DNA from: a virus
Lineage: Duplodnaviria > Caudoviricetes
Virus record (IMG/VR): IMGVR_UViG_3300025127_000047
Span: 1-55,716 of that record
Length of the DNA stretch: 55,716 bases
Direction: 5' to 3' (one strand)
Notes under the pieces: generated by a model
Databases searched by the model: none
What the model saw: only the letters and a program-made list of their open reading frames with translations
What the model was told of the DNA's origin: nothing
In this document: piece by piece, positions 38,129 through 44,853 of the stretch
How positions within the stretch are numbered: the first letter of the stretch is position 1
Layout: each line of letters opens with the position of its first letter
Program-made: the position numbers and the translations under genes

Positions 38129-39325
38129 TTATTCAACATCAACAACCTCTCCAAATTTAAAGTATCTTGATGTTCCAGTAGTAGCCCATATAACAGGATA
38201 GTCAGGCTCACTAAAACTGTCCCAACAATATCCATCAGTGAGATAAACAAGAAAGGCAATGTCATTGTCTAGCTGTTTATCTATATACTTGAATACAGGC
38301 TCATAAGCAGTACCACCACCACAAATATAATCCAACTCAACTTCTTCGCCTTGCGAATAGGTATCATATTTTCTTATACAATCATCACAATAAAGAATTG
38401 TTAGTTCTTCAAAGTTAGCAACAGGGATAATGTTGTTAATCGCATCTTGCATGAAAGCCATATCTTCTTTTGACACACTCCCGCTAATATCAAGAGCAAT
38501 AACACCTTTAGGACTAGGTTTTTTCTCAATAGATGGTAAGTACATATCTTGATATACATATCTTCTATTTGGATTATTAAAGTTATAATCATCACTAGAA
38601 GTTTTATCTAGTATCAAATTGCCTAGCACTTCTTCCCAAGATACTGATTGATGTCTAACCATATCCATAATAGATTTAAAAGCATCTCCGCCTTTACCTA
38701 CGCTTTTGGATACTTGCGTTGCATCAATAACTTTTGCATTTATTTCTTCTTCTAACTTTTGTATTTGTTCTTCGTTAGATACGCCCTCAACTTCTTCAAT
38801 GACTGCATCAATAACTTCTCCAAACATCTTGTCAGCTAAAGATTGTCTATCATCATCTCCGCTATCAGATGTATCATCAGAAGTACTATCTCCGCCATCA
38901 GTGTTAGCATCTTGTTTATCATTTTCTTTATAGACTTCTTTATACACTTTCTCTGTGGTAGAGCCTTTGTATGAGTAGTCAATCAAGCCACCCTCAGGCA
39001 GTGTAAAGCCCTCATCTATTAGAATGTAATTGATTACATAGTCTCCCGCTACATTCCAGTAGAAAGCATCTCTGTCGTTCCTACGCAAATGATGTTTAAA
39101 GACAACATGAAGCACCTCATGGGCTATCACTCCAACTACCTCAAGAAAAGTAATTTTGTGTACAAAATCAGGGTTATAAAATATTCTCTGCCCATCAACC
39201 GCCATAGTGTCAAATTGTTTGCTTTCAACAAACTCTAAATCCATAGCAAGTTTTCCATAGAAAGGATTATTTTTTAACAAGTAAACCCTAGCCTTAGTCA
39301 TTATGTTTTTTGCTTTCTTATCCAT
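38129..39325 (-). CDS. DUF2201-type metallopeptidase + vWA domain protein
   Basis: TMAVDG..IFYNPDF, AHEVLH, WNVAGDY.IN; MIDAS LDISGS, GGGT, YLTDGY. Confidence 0.9.
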   Translation of the reverse strand: MDKKAKNIMTKARVYLLKNNPFYGKLAMDLEFVESKQFDTMAVDGQRIFYNPDFVHKITFLEVVGVIAHEVLHVVFKHHLRRNDRDAFYWNVAGDYVINYILIDEGFTLPEGGLIDYSYKGSTTEKVYKEVYKENDKQDANTDGGDSTSDDTSDSGDDDRQSLADKMFGEVIDAVIEEVEGVSNEEQIQKLEEEINAKVIDATQVSKSVGKGGDAFKSIMDMVRHQSVSWEEVLGNLILDKTSSDDYNFNNPNRRYVYQDMYLPSIEKKPSPKGVIALDISGSVSKEDMAFMQDAINNIIPVANFEELTILYCDDCIRKYDTYSQGEEVELDYICGGGTAYEPVFKYIDKQLDNDIAFLVYLTDGYCWDSFSEPDYPVIWATTGTSRYFKFGEVVDVE

Positions 39326-40206
39326 TAATCAAAGTACCCCACTTTTTTATCTAAATCAGAAACAATATCTTTAGCTGTATCAGATAATTCTTTTGCTAAT
39401 TCTTTATCATCTCTAACTTTATCTGCTGTTAAATCTCTGCTATAGAATGTATCCATAGCTTTTTGATGTACTGCTTGAATACTGGCATCTCCATTGATAT
39501 TCAATGCAGGAAGCACTTCGCAAAGTTCGATAAGCTTTTCAACAGTTTTATCTCTAAATGTTTCTCCGCTATCAATCTTATCTGCAAAGTGTTTGCACAC
39601 ACCTTTAACCTTATCAACAACCGCACCAGTTATCTTTTCAACCTTTGCATCTTCTTCTGCTTTGGCATTAGCTTTCAACTCTGCTATCTCATTAGCAGGT
39701 AAGTTCACTCTAATATCATCACTAGATGGGATAGGTTTCTTGTAAATACTACATTCAAATAAACCCTCTATCTCATCTCTATCAGGGAAGTCAGAAAGAT
39801 TAAATGCAGTACCCAAATCAGTCTTAGCTTCTGCAACAATACTGTCATATTGTTTTACAAAATCTTTTACTAATTTTTCTCTGTCATTTTGATAACCAGT
39901 AAAATCTTTTTCAAACCTATCTTTTAATTCAATAGGTAATAAATAAGTTCCTTGATTATCCCATGCCAAACAATAACCGCTATAACCTGCACCGCTATAG
40001 ATAACATCAGTTCTTATCTTGCCATCAATCTTTTTGATTTCTTTCAAGATAGGACTGTTAGTAAGCTTTTTGTTTACAGTCAGTCTTGTCTCATCAATAG
40101 AATGATTATCAGCTAATTCATCTCTCAATGATTTATCAGTTTTAACACCACTCCACTTTTTTAAATTAAGTTCAATGAGTAATGCTTTATCTCTTAATTG
40201 AGCCAT
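39325..40206 (-). CDS. DUF3150-like protein
   Basis: WSG.K.D, L.WDN.G..LLP, LG..FN..DFP; lies between the MoxR and vWA genes. Confidence 0.65.
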   Translation of the reverse strand: MAQLRDKALLIELNLKKWSGVKTDKSLRDELADNHSIDETRLTVNKKLTNSPILKEIKKIDGKIRTDVIYSGAGYSGYCLAWDNQGTYLLPIELKDRFEKDFTGYQNDREKLVKDFVKQYDSIVAEAKTDLGTAFNLSDFPDRDEIEGLFECSIYKKPIPSSDDIRVNLPANEIAELKANAKAEEDAKVEKITGAVVDKVKGVCKHFADKIDSGETFRDKTVEKLIELCEVLPALNINGDASIQAVHQKAMDTFYSRDLTADKVRDDKELAKELSDTAKDIVSDLDKKVGYFD

Positions 40207-40248
40207 AAGTTCTCCTTAAATATTAATTGGTTAATAGATAAGGGGCTG

Positions 40249-41250
40249 TTAAGCCCCAATATCTTGATATTCAATTTCGTAGTCAATGTACGCTTTTGTT
40301 TTCTTCAAGCCCTCATCTCTAGCAGTAGCCATAGTCATAGCCATAACTAAAAATTCATCTTGAATTTCTTCAGTATCTTTCAAGAAATCATAGTACTTTT
40401 GGATATTGTTCTTGTTCATGTTTTTAGCTAGAACACCAACAATCAGATAAATCACATCAGATTGAAGTTCAATATCTTCAAGCACACTTTCAGGATTTTT
40501 GACTAAGTTATCAACATCAGGTAAGTTTCTGAATCTTCTCACAAATGCTGTAAACTCTGCGGAAATACCCTCTCCAATAGCACCTGCATAAAGTTCTTGC
40601 TCTATGTCGCTATCAGGGTCAGTAGCAAGTAAATTACTTGTATATTCCCATGCTCTAGGCGTTGCATTGACTGAAGCATTTTTATCAAAATGATATAAAT
40701 AATCTTCGCCTTGCCATGAAATAAAAGACAACACTTCTTGTCTTATTCTTCCAGTTTTACCGCCCCACTCAATCCACTCATCATGGCATACATCTAAGTT
40801 CAAATGAACAAATCTGTCTCCAAGAGCAGTATTGACTCTATTTGCACCTGCTTTGTCTTGCACTCTATTACCCGCACTTACAATCACAGTATCTTCAGGC
40901 AATGTGTATTCGCCAAGCTTTCTATCCTTAATCAACTGAAACAATGCGTTTTGCACAGATGGACTGCCTTGCGGAAGTTCATCAAGAAACAACAATGTTT
41001 TAGGCTGTTCATTACTAGGTAAAAATACAGGCGGATTAAAAACAGTTCTTCCATCTTTAACACTAGGTACACCTCTAAGGTCAACAGGGTCAAGTAAGGC
41101 AACCCTTACATCTTCAACCCTGTATCCCAAGTTTTCAGCTACTTTGTGGACAATCTCTGATTTACCCACTCCAACTCCACCCCATATAAAACAGGGCTGT
41201 TTGATAGAGATTAATTTCTCTATCGTTTTTTCTAATTGCTTTGCTTTCAT
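40249..41250 (-). CDS. MoxR-like AAA+ ATPase
   Basis: WGGVGVGKS, DPVDLRGVP, LLFLDEL, SAGNR, DRFVH, TPRAWE; start moved to ATG 41250. Confidence 0.9.
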   Translation of the reverse strand: MKAKQLEKTIEKLISIKQPCFIWGGVGVGKSEIVHKVAENLGYRVEDVRVALLDPVDLRGVPSVKDGRTVFNPPVFLPSNEQPKTLLFLDELPQGSPSVQNALFQLIKDRKLGEYTLPEDTVIVSAGNRVQDKAGANRVNTALGDRFVHLNLDVCHDEWIEWGGKTGRIRQEVLSFISWQGEDYLYHFDKNASVNATPRAWEYTSNLLATDPDSDIEQELYAGAIGEGISAEFTAFVRRFRNLPDVDNLVKNPESVLEDIELQSDVIYLIVGVLAKNMNKNNIQKYYDFLKDTEEIQDEFLVMAMTMATARDEGLKKTKAYIDYEIEYQDIGA

Positions 41251-41258
41251 ATTTACTC

Positions 41259-41402
41259 CTATAAAATTATTAAAGCCACTACAACAAGTACTAAGGCTAT
41301 AGGCTTTAGCACATACCAATTTATTCTAAACAAAAGACTTTCACTGCATTGTTTAGCAAAGTCTTTTTTGAATAGATTCCATTCTTTTTTAAATGTTTCC
41401 AT
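41259..41402 (-). CDS. Small membrane protein (METFKKEW...IALVLVVVALIIL)
   Basis: 47-aa ORF read manually; GGAG RBS; hydrophobic C-terminus. Confidence 0.6.
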   Translation of the reverse strand: METFKKEWNLFKKDFAKQCSESLLFRINWYVLKPIALVLVVVALIIL

Positions 41403-41442
41403 ACTTACTCCAGTAGAAACTAATTAATTTTTCTAAATAAAA

Positions 41443-41497
41443 ATACTGTTTCGTGGTATCTCATTCAGCTACAACTACCAATGTTGTAGGACAGTAT
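41443..41497 (-). ncRNA. Type III hammerhead ribozyme with variant core CUGAAUGA and loop I-loop II pseudoknot
   Basis: AUACUGU-C-CUACAAC-AUUGGUA-GUUGUAG-CUGAAUGA-G-AUACCA-C-GAA-ACAGUAU: 7-bp stem III, GUC site, 7-bp stem I, UGGUA/UACCA pseudoknot. Confidence 0.85.
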
Positions 41498-41597
41498 AAA
41501 AAAAAAGTAAGTACTTACTATCAGGAAAGATAAGGGGCTACAGCCAATATGAATAATAGCTTTTAGGAAAGCCATAGCCCCACATCTTTACAAAAGA

Positions 41598-41825
41598 TTA
41601 ATCAAAGTTAGCAACCCAACTTTGCTTTGTTTTGCCACTAGGAAGCTTTACTGCTTCTGCTTCGATAACATAATCCGCTTCAGCCAATATGTGTATCGTA
41701 TCAAACGATAATGTTTTACCGCCTTGTATTTTCAGGAACATTTTTGCAGTATCACAAACTGGATAATACAAAGTTCTTCCATACACCTTTTCAGGTCTTA
41801 CAATTATTTTAGTTTTTGTTTCCAT
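41598..41825 (-). CDS. Small early protein (VYGRTLYYPVC..AK.F..I.G.KTL)
   Basis: ORF with TAGGAGTAAAT RBS. Confidence 0.65.
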   Translation of the reverse strand: METKTKIIVRPEKVYGRTLYYPVCDTAKMFLKIQGGKTLSFDTIHILAEADYVIEAEAVKLPSGKTKQSWVANFD

Positions 41826-41833
41826 ATTTACTC

Positions 41834-42079
41834 CTATGTAAATTTTTTATCAAGTTGCCATAAATTAAATACTTTCATAGCATCTTCTCTAGTCAATCCT
41901 AGACTTCTTCTATTTAAAAAGAACTCTCTAGGGTCATTTTCGGGTACATCTTCAAGATGTTCGTATGTTGTCATGCCACTAGATAATTCTTCTAATTCTA
42001 GTGTAGACCACGCAATTTGTGATGAACTTGTAATAGTATCATCATTCAGATATTGCTCTGCTGTATATCCATATTTCAT
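41834..42079 (-). CDS. Small early protein
   Basis: ORF with AAGGAGTAAAT RBS. Confidence 0.6.
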   Translation of the reverse strand: MKYGYTAEQYLNDDTITSSSQIAWSTLELEELSSGMTTYEHLEDVPENDPREFFLNRRSLGLTREDAMKVFNLWQLDKKFT

Positions 42080-42081
42080 AT

Positions 42082-42396
42082 TTACTCCTTATTTATTCTT
42101 CCATAGTTATTAGCTTCAAGGCTTTTGACATACGCTATTGTTTCTGCAACCTCATCTGCTGTTTGATAGCTTTGAACATCATCTCCCTTGTATTTTAAAA
42201 ACTTTCCATTTGGTTTAAATATTGCTGTCTCACAATTATTACAGCTATCTAAACTGTGAAGATTGCTTTTAGCTAGAAATTTATTTGAACAATAGTTTAT
42301 TCTGCCAAATTGAATAGATACCTCATATCCATTTTCAAAAGACATATTTAAGCCTAGATAAAGTCCTTCTTTATCATCTTTTCTTATTTTTAACAT
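42082..42396 (-). CDS. Small early protein (F.NGYEVSIQFG..NYCSN)
   Basis: ORF with TAGGAGT RBS. Confidence 0.65.
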   Translation of the reverse strand: MLKIRKDDKEGLYLGLNMSFENGYEVSIQFGRINYCSNKFLAKSNLHSLDSCNNCETAIFKPNGKFLKYKGDDVQSYQTADEVAETIAYVKSLEANNYGRINKE

Positions 42397-42416
42397 ACTT
42401 ACTCCTATAAAAATTT

Positions 42417-42477
42417 ACCTAGAAAGCGAACAAATGTCCGCTTTTTCGCCACCTTTCTGTGTTGCTTATCAATAGGT
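42417..42477 (-). ncRNA. Type I hammerhead ribozyme with C3U/G8A compensatory core
   Basis: ACCUA-UUGAUAA-GC(AA)CAC AGAAAG GUGGC-GAA-AAAGCGGAC AUUU GUUCGCUUU-C-UAGGU; all three stems pair; UUC site. Confidence 0.8.
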
Positions 42478-42480
42478 TTA

Positions 42481-42876
42481 TTAGAAATTTCTATCGTACA
42501 TTTCTTGCGTTTCATATCTATCGTGAACAGGTAGATATTTAGGTATTGGATAACCAACAAATGCTTTTAATTGTTGACAAATATCAAATGGTATTTCAGC
42601 AATTACTCCATTATTCATAGCACCAATTAAATTAGGTCTATCTTCGTTATATGGCTTCAAATGAAAGCCAAATTGTCTTCTATACTCTAATTTATAAAGA
42701 TTTTTATTATTTTTATCTTCTTCAGCAGTAGCACAATATTTGCTAAAAACCAGTTCATCTTTTCTATCTTCATTATTCCAGTCTATTTCTTTTGAAATCA
42801 CTATCTCATCAAGCCCATTGGTATAACCTTTGCTACCATATTTTGATGTAGTGATTGTTGCTGTATTAAAACTCAT
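42481..42876 (-). CDS. Early hypothetical protein
   Basis: ORF with TAGGAGTAAAT RBS; C-terminal LPVHDRYE. Confidence 0.65.
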   Translation of the reverse strand: MSFNTATITTSKYGSKGYTNGLDEIVISKEIDWNNEDRKDELVFSKYCATAEEDKNNKNLYKLEYRRQFGFHLKPYNEDRPNLIGAMNNGVIAEIPFDICQQLKAFVGYPIPKYLPVHDRYETQEMYDRNF

Positions 42877-42909
42877 ATTTACTCCTATAAAAATTAATAT
42901 ATTTACCTA

Positions 42910-43173
42910 TTAAGAAATCCATTTTTGTAAGTTTGGATTATCTTCGCCTTTCATTCCATGATGTTCACAATATAATTTCATTGCACTGTCAATTCTTCTG
43001 TCAACACTACGTTTCAGTTCTTCTCTACTCCAAAAGTGCATTTTCATAGCACCATTCAGCCCCATGTATGAAACACTTTTTACATTACCATTGAATGTTG
43101 TGTCTCTATGCACATTGAAATAAAACCCTCTGTAATTCACAACAAAATCGTTTACTTTAGTTATTTTATTCAT
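42910..43173 (-). CDS. First gene of the early operon, hypothetical
   Basis: Start moved to ATG 43173 behind TAGGAGTAAAT. Confidence 0.6.
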   Translation of the reverse strand: MNKITKVNDFVVNYRGFYFNVHRDTTFNGNVKSVSYMGLNGAMKMHFWSREELKRSVDRRIDSAMKLYCEHHGMKGEDNPNLQKWIS

Positions 43174-43188
43174 ATTTACTCCTAAATA

Positions 43189-43248
43189 AATTATGTTTCT
43201 TGTACCCTTGCGGATACTCATTCAGCTTGTTAATTCAAGGACATAATC
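43189..43248 (-). ncRNA. Type III hammerhead-like ribozyme, variant (CUGAAUGA core, AA insert before GAAA)
   Basis: GAUUAUGU-C-CUUG AAUUAA CAAG-CUGAAUGA-GUAUCC GCAA GGGUAC-AA-GAA-ACAUAAUU. Confidence 0.7.
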
Positions 43249-43279
43249 AAATATTAAATCGTTAATACATAAGAAAAAA

Positions 43280-43725
43280 AACTCACAACAGCATGGGATT
43301 TTCTGACTACACACAACACCTATTAGCCCCTAGAGATAGACTTTGCTACACCATCAGAATTAGCACTTTTACTGCTACGCCCTGTTCCATGTTCTGTGGG
43401 AACTAAAGCCAACTTTAAAAACTCCATCAAGGGTAGAGTCGCCACACTCTCCGCAAGACAGGTATTGAGCCATCAATAGCAACACTGTCAGGACACTGGG
43501 TAAACGCACAAACTTTTGAAAAGCGGATTTTTCGTGATAGGGATTCCCAGTTTACCCTGTTCTGTTTGCTTCCTTGATACCTTGCATTGCTCTAGGCAAC
43601 CCAAATCGTTAGTCTTTATTGCAAAGCCCAACTTCAAGGAAACTAGATGTCTCACTATGGGTGTTTTGGAAAGGGGAGTTAGCTACTGTTTCTTCGCTTT
43701 TTTGGGTCTCATCAATCCCTCAACG
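43280..43725 (-). ncRNA. Candidate large structured non-coding/leader RNA (about 430-450 nt)
   Basis: More than 10 complementary segments in nested multibranch arrangement; ends pair (43295-43300 with 43714-43719); mismatches read as G-U on the minus strand; directly downstream of a promoter. Confidence 0.65.
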
Positions 43726-43731
43726 AAACGA

Positions 43732-43761
43732 ACTATAGTTTATTGTGGGGTATCGTGTCAA
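43732..43761 (-). promoter_or_regulatory. Sigma70-like early promoter TTGACA-N18-TATAGT
   Basis: Perfect -35 (43761-43756), TATAGT -10 (43737-43732), AT-rich upstream tract. Confidence 0.7.
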
Positions 43762-43803
43762 GAAAAAAGTGTAATTATTTTCTACAAATGTTCGTGAACA
43801 TAT

Positions 43804-43833
43804 TTGTTGTTGCTTACGAAGTAAGCGTATAAT
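43804..43833 (+). promoter_or_regulatory. Probable terS promoter: TATAAT at 43828-43833 preceded by the palindrome GCTTAC-GAA-GTAAGC
   Basis: Perfect -10, weak -35; inverted repeat 43812-43826. Confidence 0.4.
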
Positions 43834-43897
43834 AGACCTACAGTGATAGTAAGCACTATCAAAATAATTTTAAATATTAAGGAATTAATAGATAGAT

Positions 43898-44368
43898 ATG
43901 AGCAATAAAGACAGTAATAACAAGGACAATATAACTAACATATCAGGGCTTACTCCAAAGCAAGAGAAGTTCGTTCAAGGTGTCTTATCAGGTATGACAG
44001 CAAGTGAGTCATATCGCAACGCATATAGCACAGAGAACATGAAAGATAGTAGCGTATGGACAGAAGCTTCAAAGCTTATGAGTAGCCCTAAGGTATCCCA
44101 AAGGGTAAAGCAGGGATTGAAGCGAAAGAATGAGTATGCTTCCACTACAGGGCTCTCCCTTAGACAGATGGTACTGGAACAGCTACAAAAGGAAGCACTG
44201 GATACAAATAACAATGAATCATCAAGAATAAGGGCTTTGGAACTACTAGGCAAAGTATCAGAGGTGGCATTATTCACAGAGAGATTAGAAACAACTACAA
44301 GCAATCAATCATCAGATGAGATAAGACTGGAACTAGAACAGAAGATACAGTCAATGTTTAATAAGTAA
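43898..44368 (+). CDS. terS: Terminase small subunit
   Basis: LTPKQEKFV......ASESYRNAY...ASKLM..PKV..., RIRALELLGK. Confidence 0.85.
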   Translation: MSNKDSNNKDNITNISGLTPKQEKFVQGVLSGMTASESYRNAYSTENMKDSSVWTEASKLMSSPKVSQRVKQGLKRKNEYASTTGLSLRQMVLEQLQKEALDTNNNESSRIRALELLGKVSEVALFTERLETTTSNQSSDEIRLELEQKIQSMFNK

Positions 44369-44495
44369 GTACTCACTATCAGGGAAACCCTTTTTGCATA
44401 TGGATTTACCCCACCTACCCCCACCCACCCACATATAAAAAAATTGTGTGTATGGGGTACATACTATTTTGCACATATAATTTCATAATTTTCAT

Positions 44496-44514
44496 AGGGG
44501 GGTACCCCTTTTTT
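44496..44514 (+). terminator. Intrinsic terminator candidate AGGGG-GGTA-CCCCT-TTTTT
   Basis: GC stem plus T tract downstream of terS. Confidence 0.5.
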
Positions 44515-44534
44515 ATTTTCGGCTAACTTGCAGA

Positions 44535-44567
44535 TTGCGTTTTTATAGGAATGTTCGTATAATGTTC
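44535..44567 (+). promoter_or_regulatory. Promoter TTGCGT-N17-TATAAT overlapped by GTTC-N7-GTTC (alphaproteobacterial LexA-box pattern)
   Basis: -35 at 44535-44540, -10 at 44558-44563, GTTC at 44553 and 44564; immediately upstream of the LexA-like gene. Confidence 0.6.
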
Positions 44568-44598
44568 TAGGGTCCCATACGAGGGGGGTATATATATT

Positions 44599-44853
44599 AT
44601 GACAAGTAAACAATTAAAACTTTTAGAAACCATAGAAGAATACTGGGACGAGTTTGGTTGCGGTCCTAGTCTTGATGCTTTAGCTGACGCTTTAGGTTTA
44701 TCCTCTAAGAGCACCATACACGCTATGCTACATAGATTAAAAGATGGTGGCTGGGTTACTATGCAACCTAATAGATGGCGTACAGTGATGAGCACTAGAA
44801 ACAGTCCATTTAAAAAAGTTGAAAAAACTATTGACGAATCTGTGAAGGTATGA
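44599..44853 (+). CDS. LexA-type winged-helix DNA-binding protein lacking the peptidase domain
   Basis: MT.KQ..LL..I.......G.GPS...LA.ALGL.SKSTIH..L..L...GW......R.R. Confidence 0.85.
   Translation: MTSKQLKLLETIEEYWDEFGCGPSLDALADALGLSSKSTIHAMLHRLKDGGWVTMQPNRWRTVMSTRNSPFKKVEKTIDESVKV

Noticed and set aside
42910-43221. Longer ORF-track starts (43221, and likewise 41319, 30029, 10832, 6655, 50638)
   Set aside because: Downstream ATGs fit better (most have clear RBSs); the extensions overlap upstream genes or the hammerhead
43686-43716. UUGAUGAG...GAAAC near the start of the leader RNA as a fourth hammerhead
   Set aside because: No stem II pairing, U3/G8 not compensated, and no matching stem III or cleavage triplet found
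43280-43725. Leader RNA as tmRNA, RNase P RNA or a group I/II intron
   Set aside because: No tRNA-like ends or tag frame, no RNase P P4 signature, no interrupted gene or intron core motifs recognised by eye; a covariance search is still needed
43516-43797. 93-aa plus-strand ORF in the ORF track
   Set aside because: TTG start, no RBS, atypical composition; it overlaps the minus-strand promoter and structured RNA
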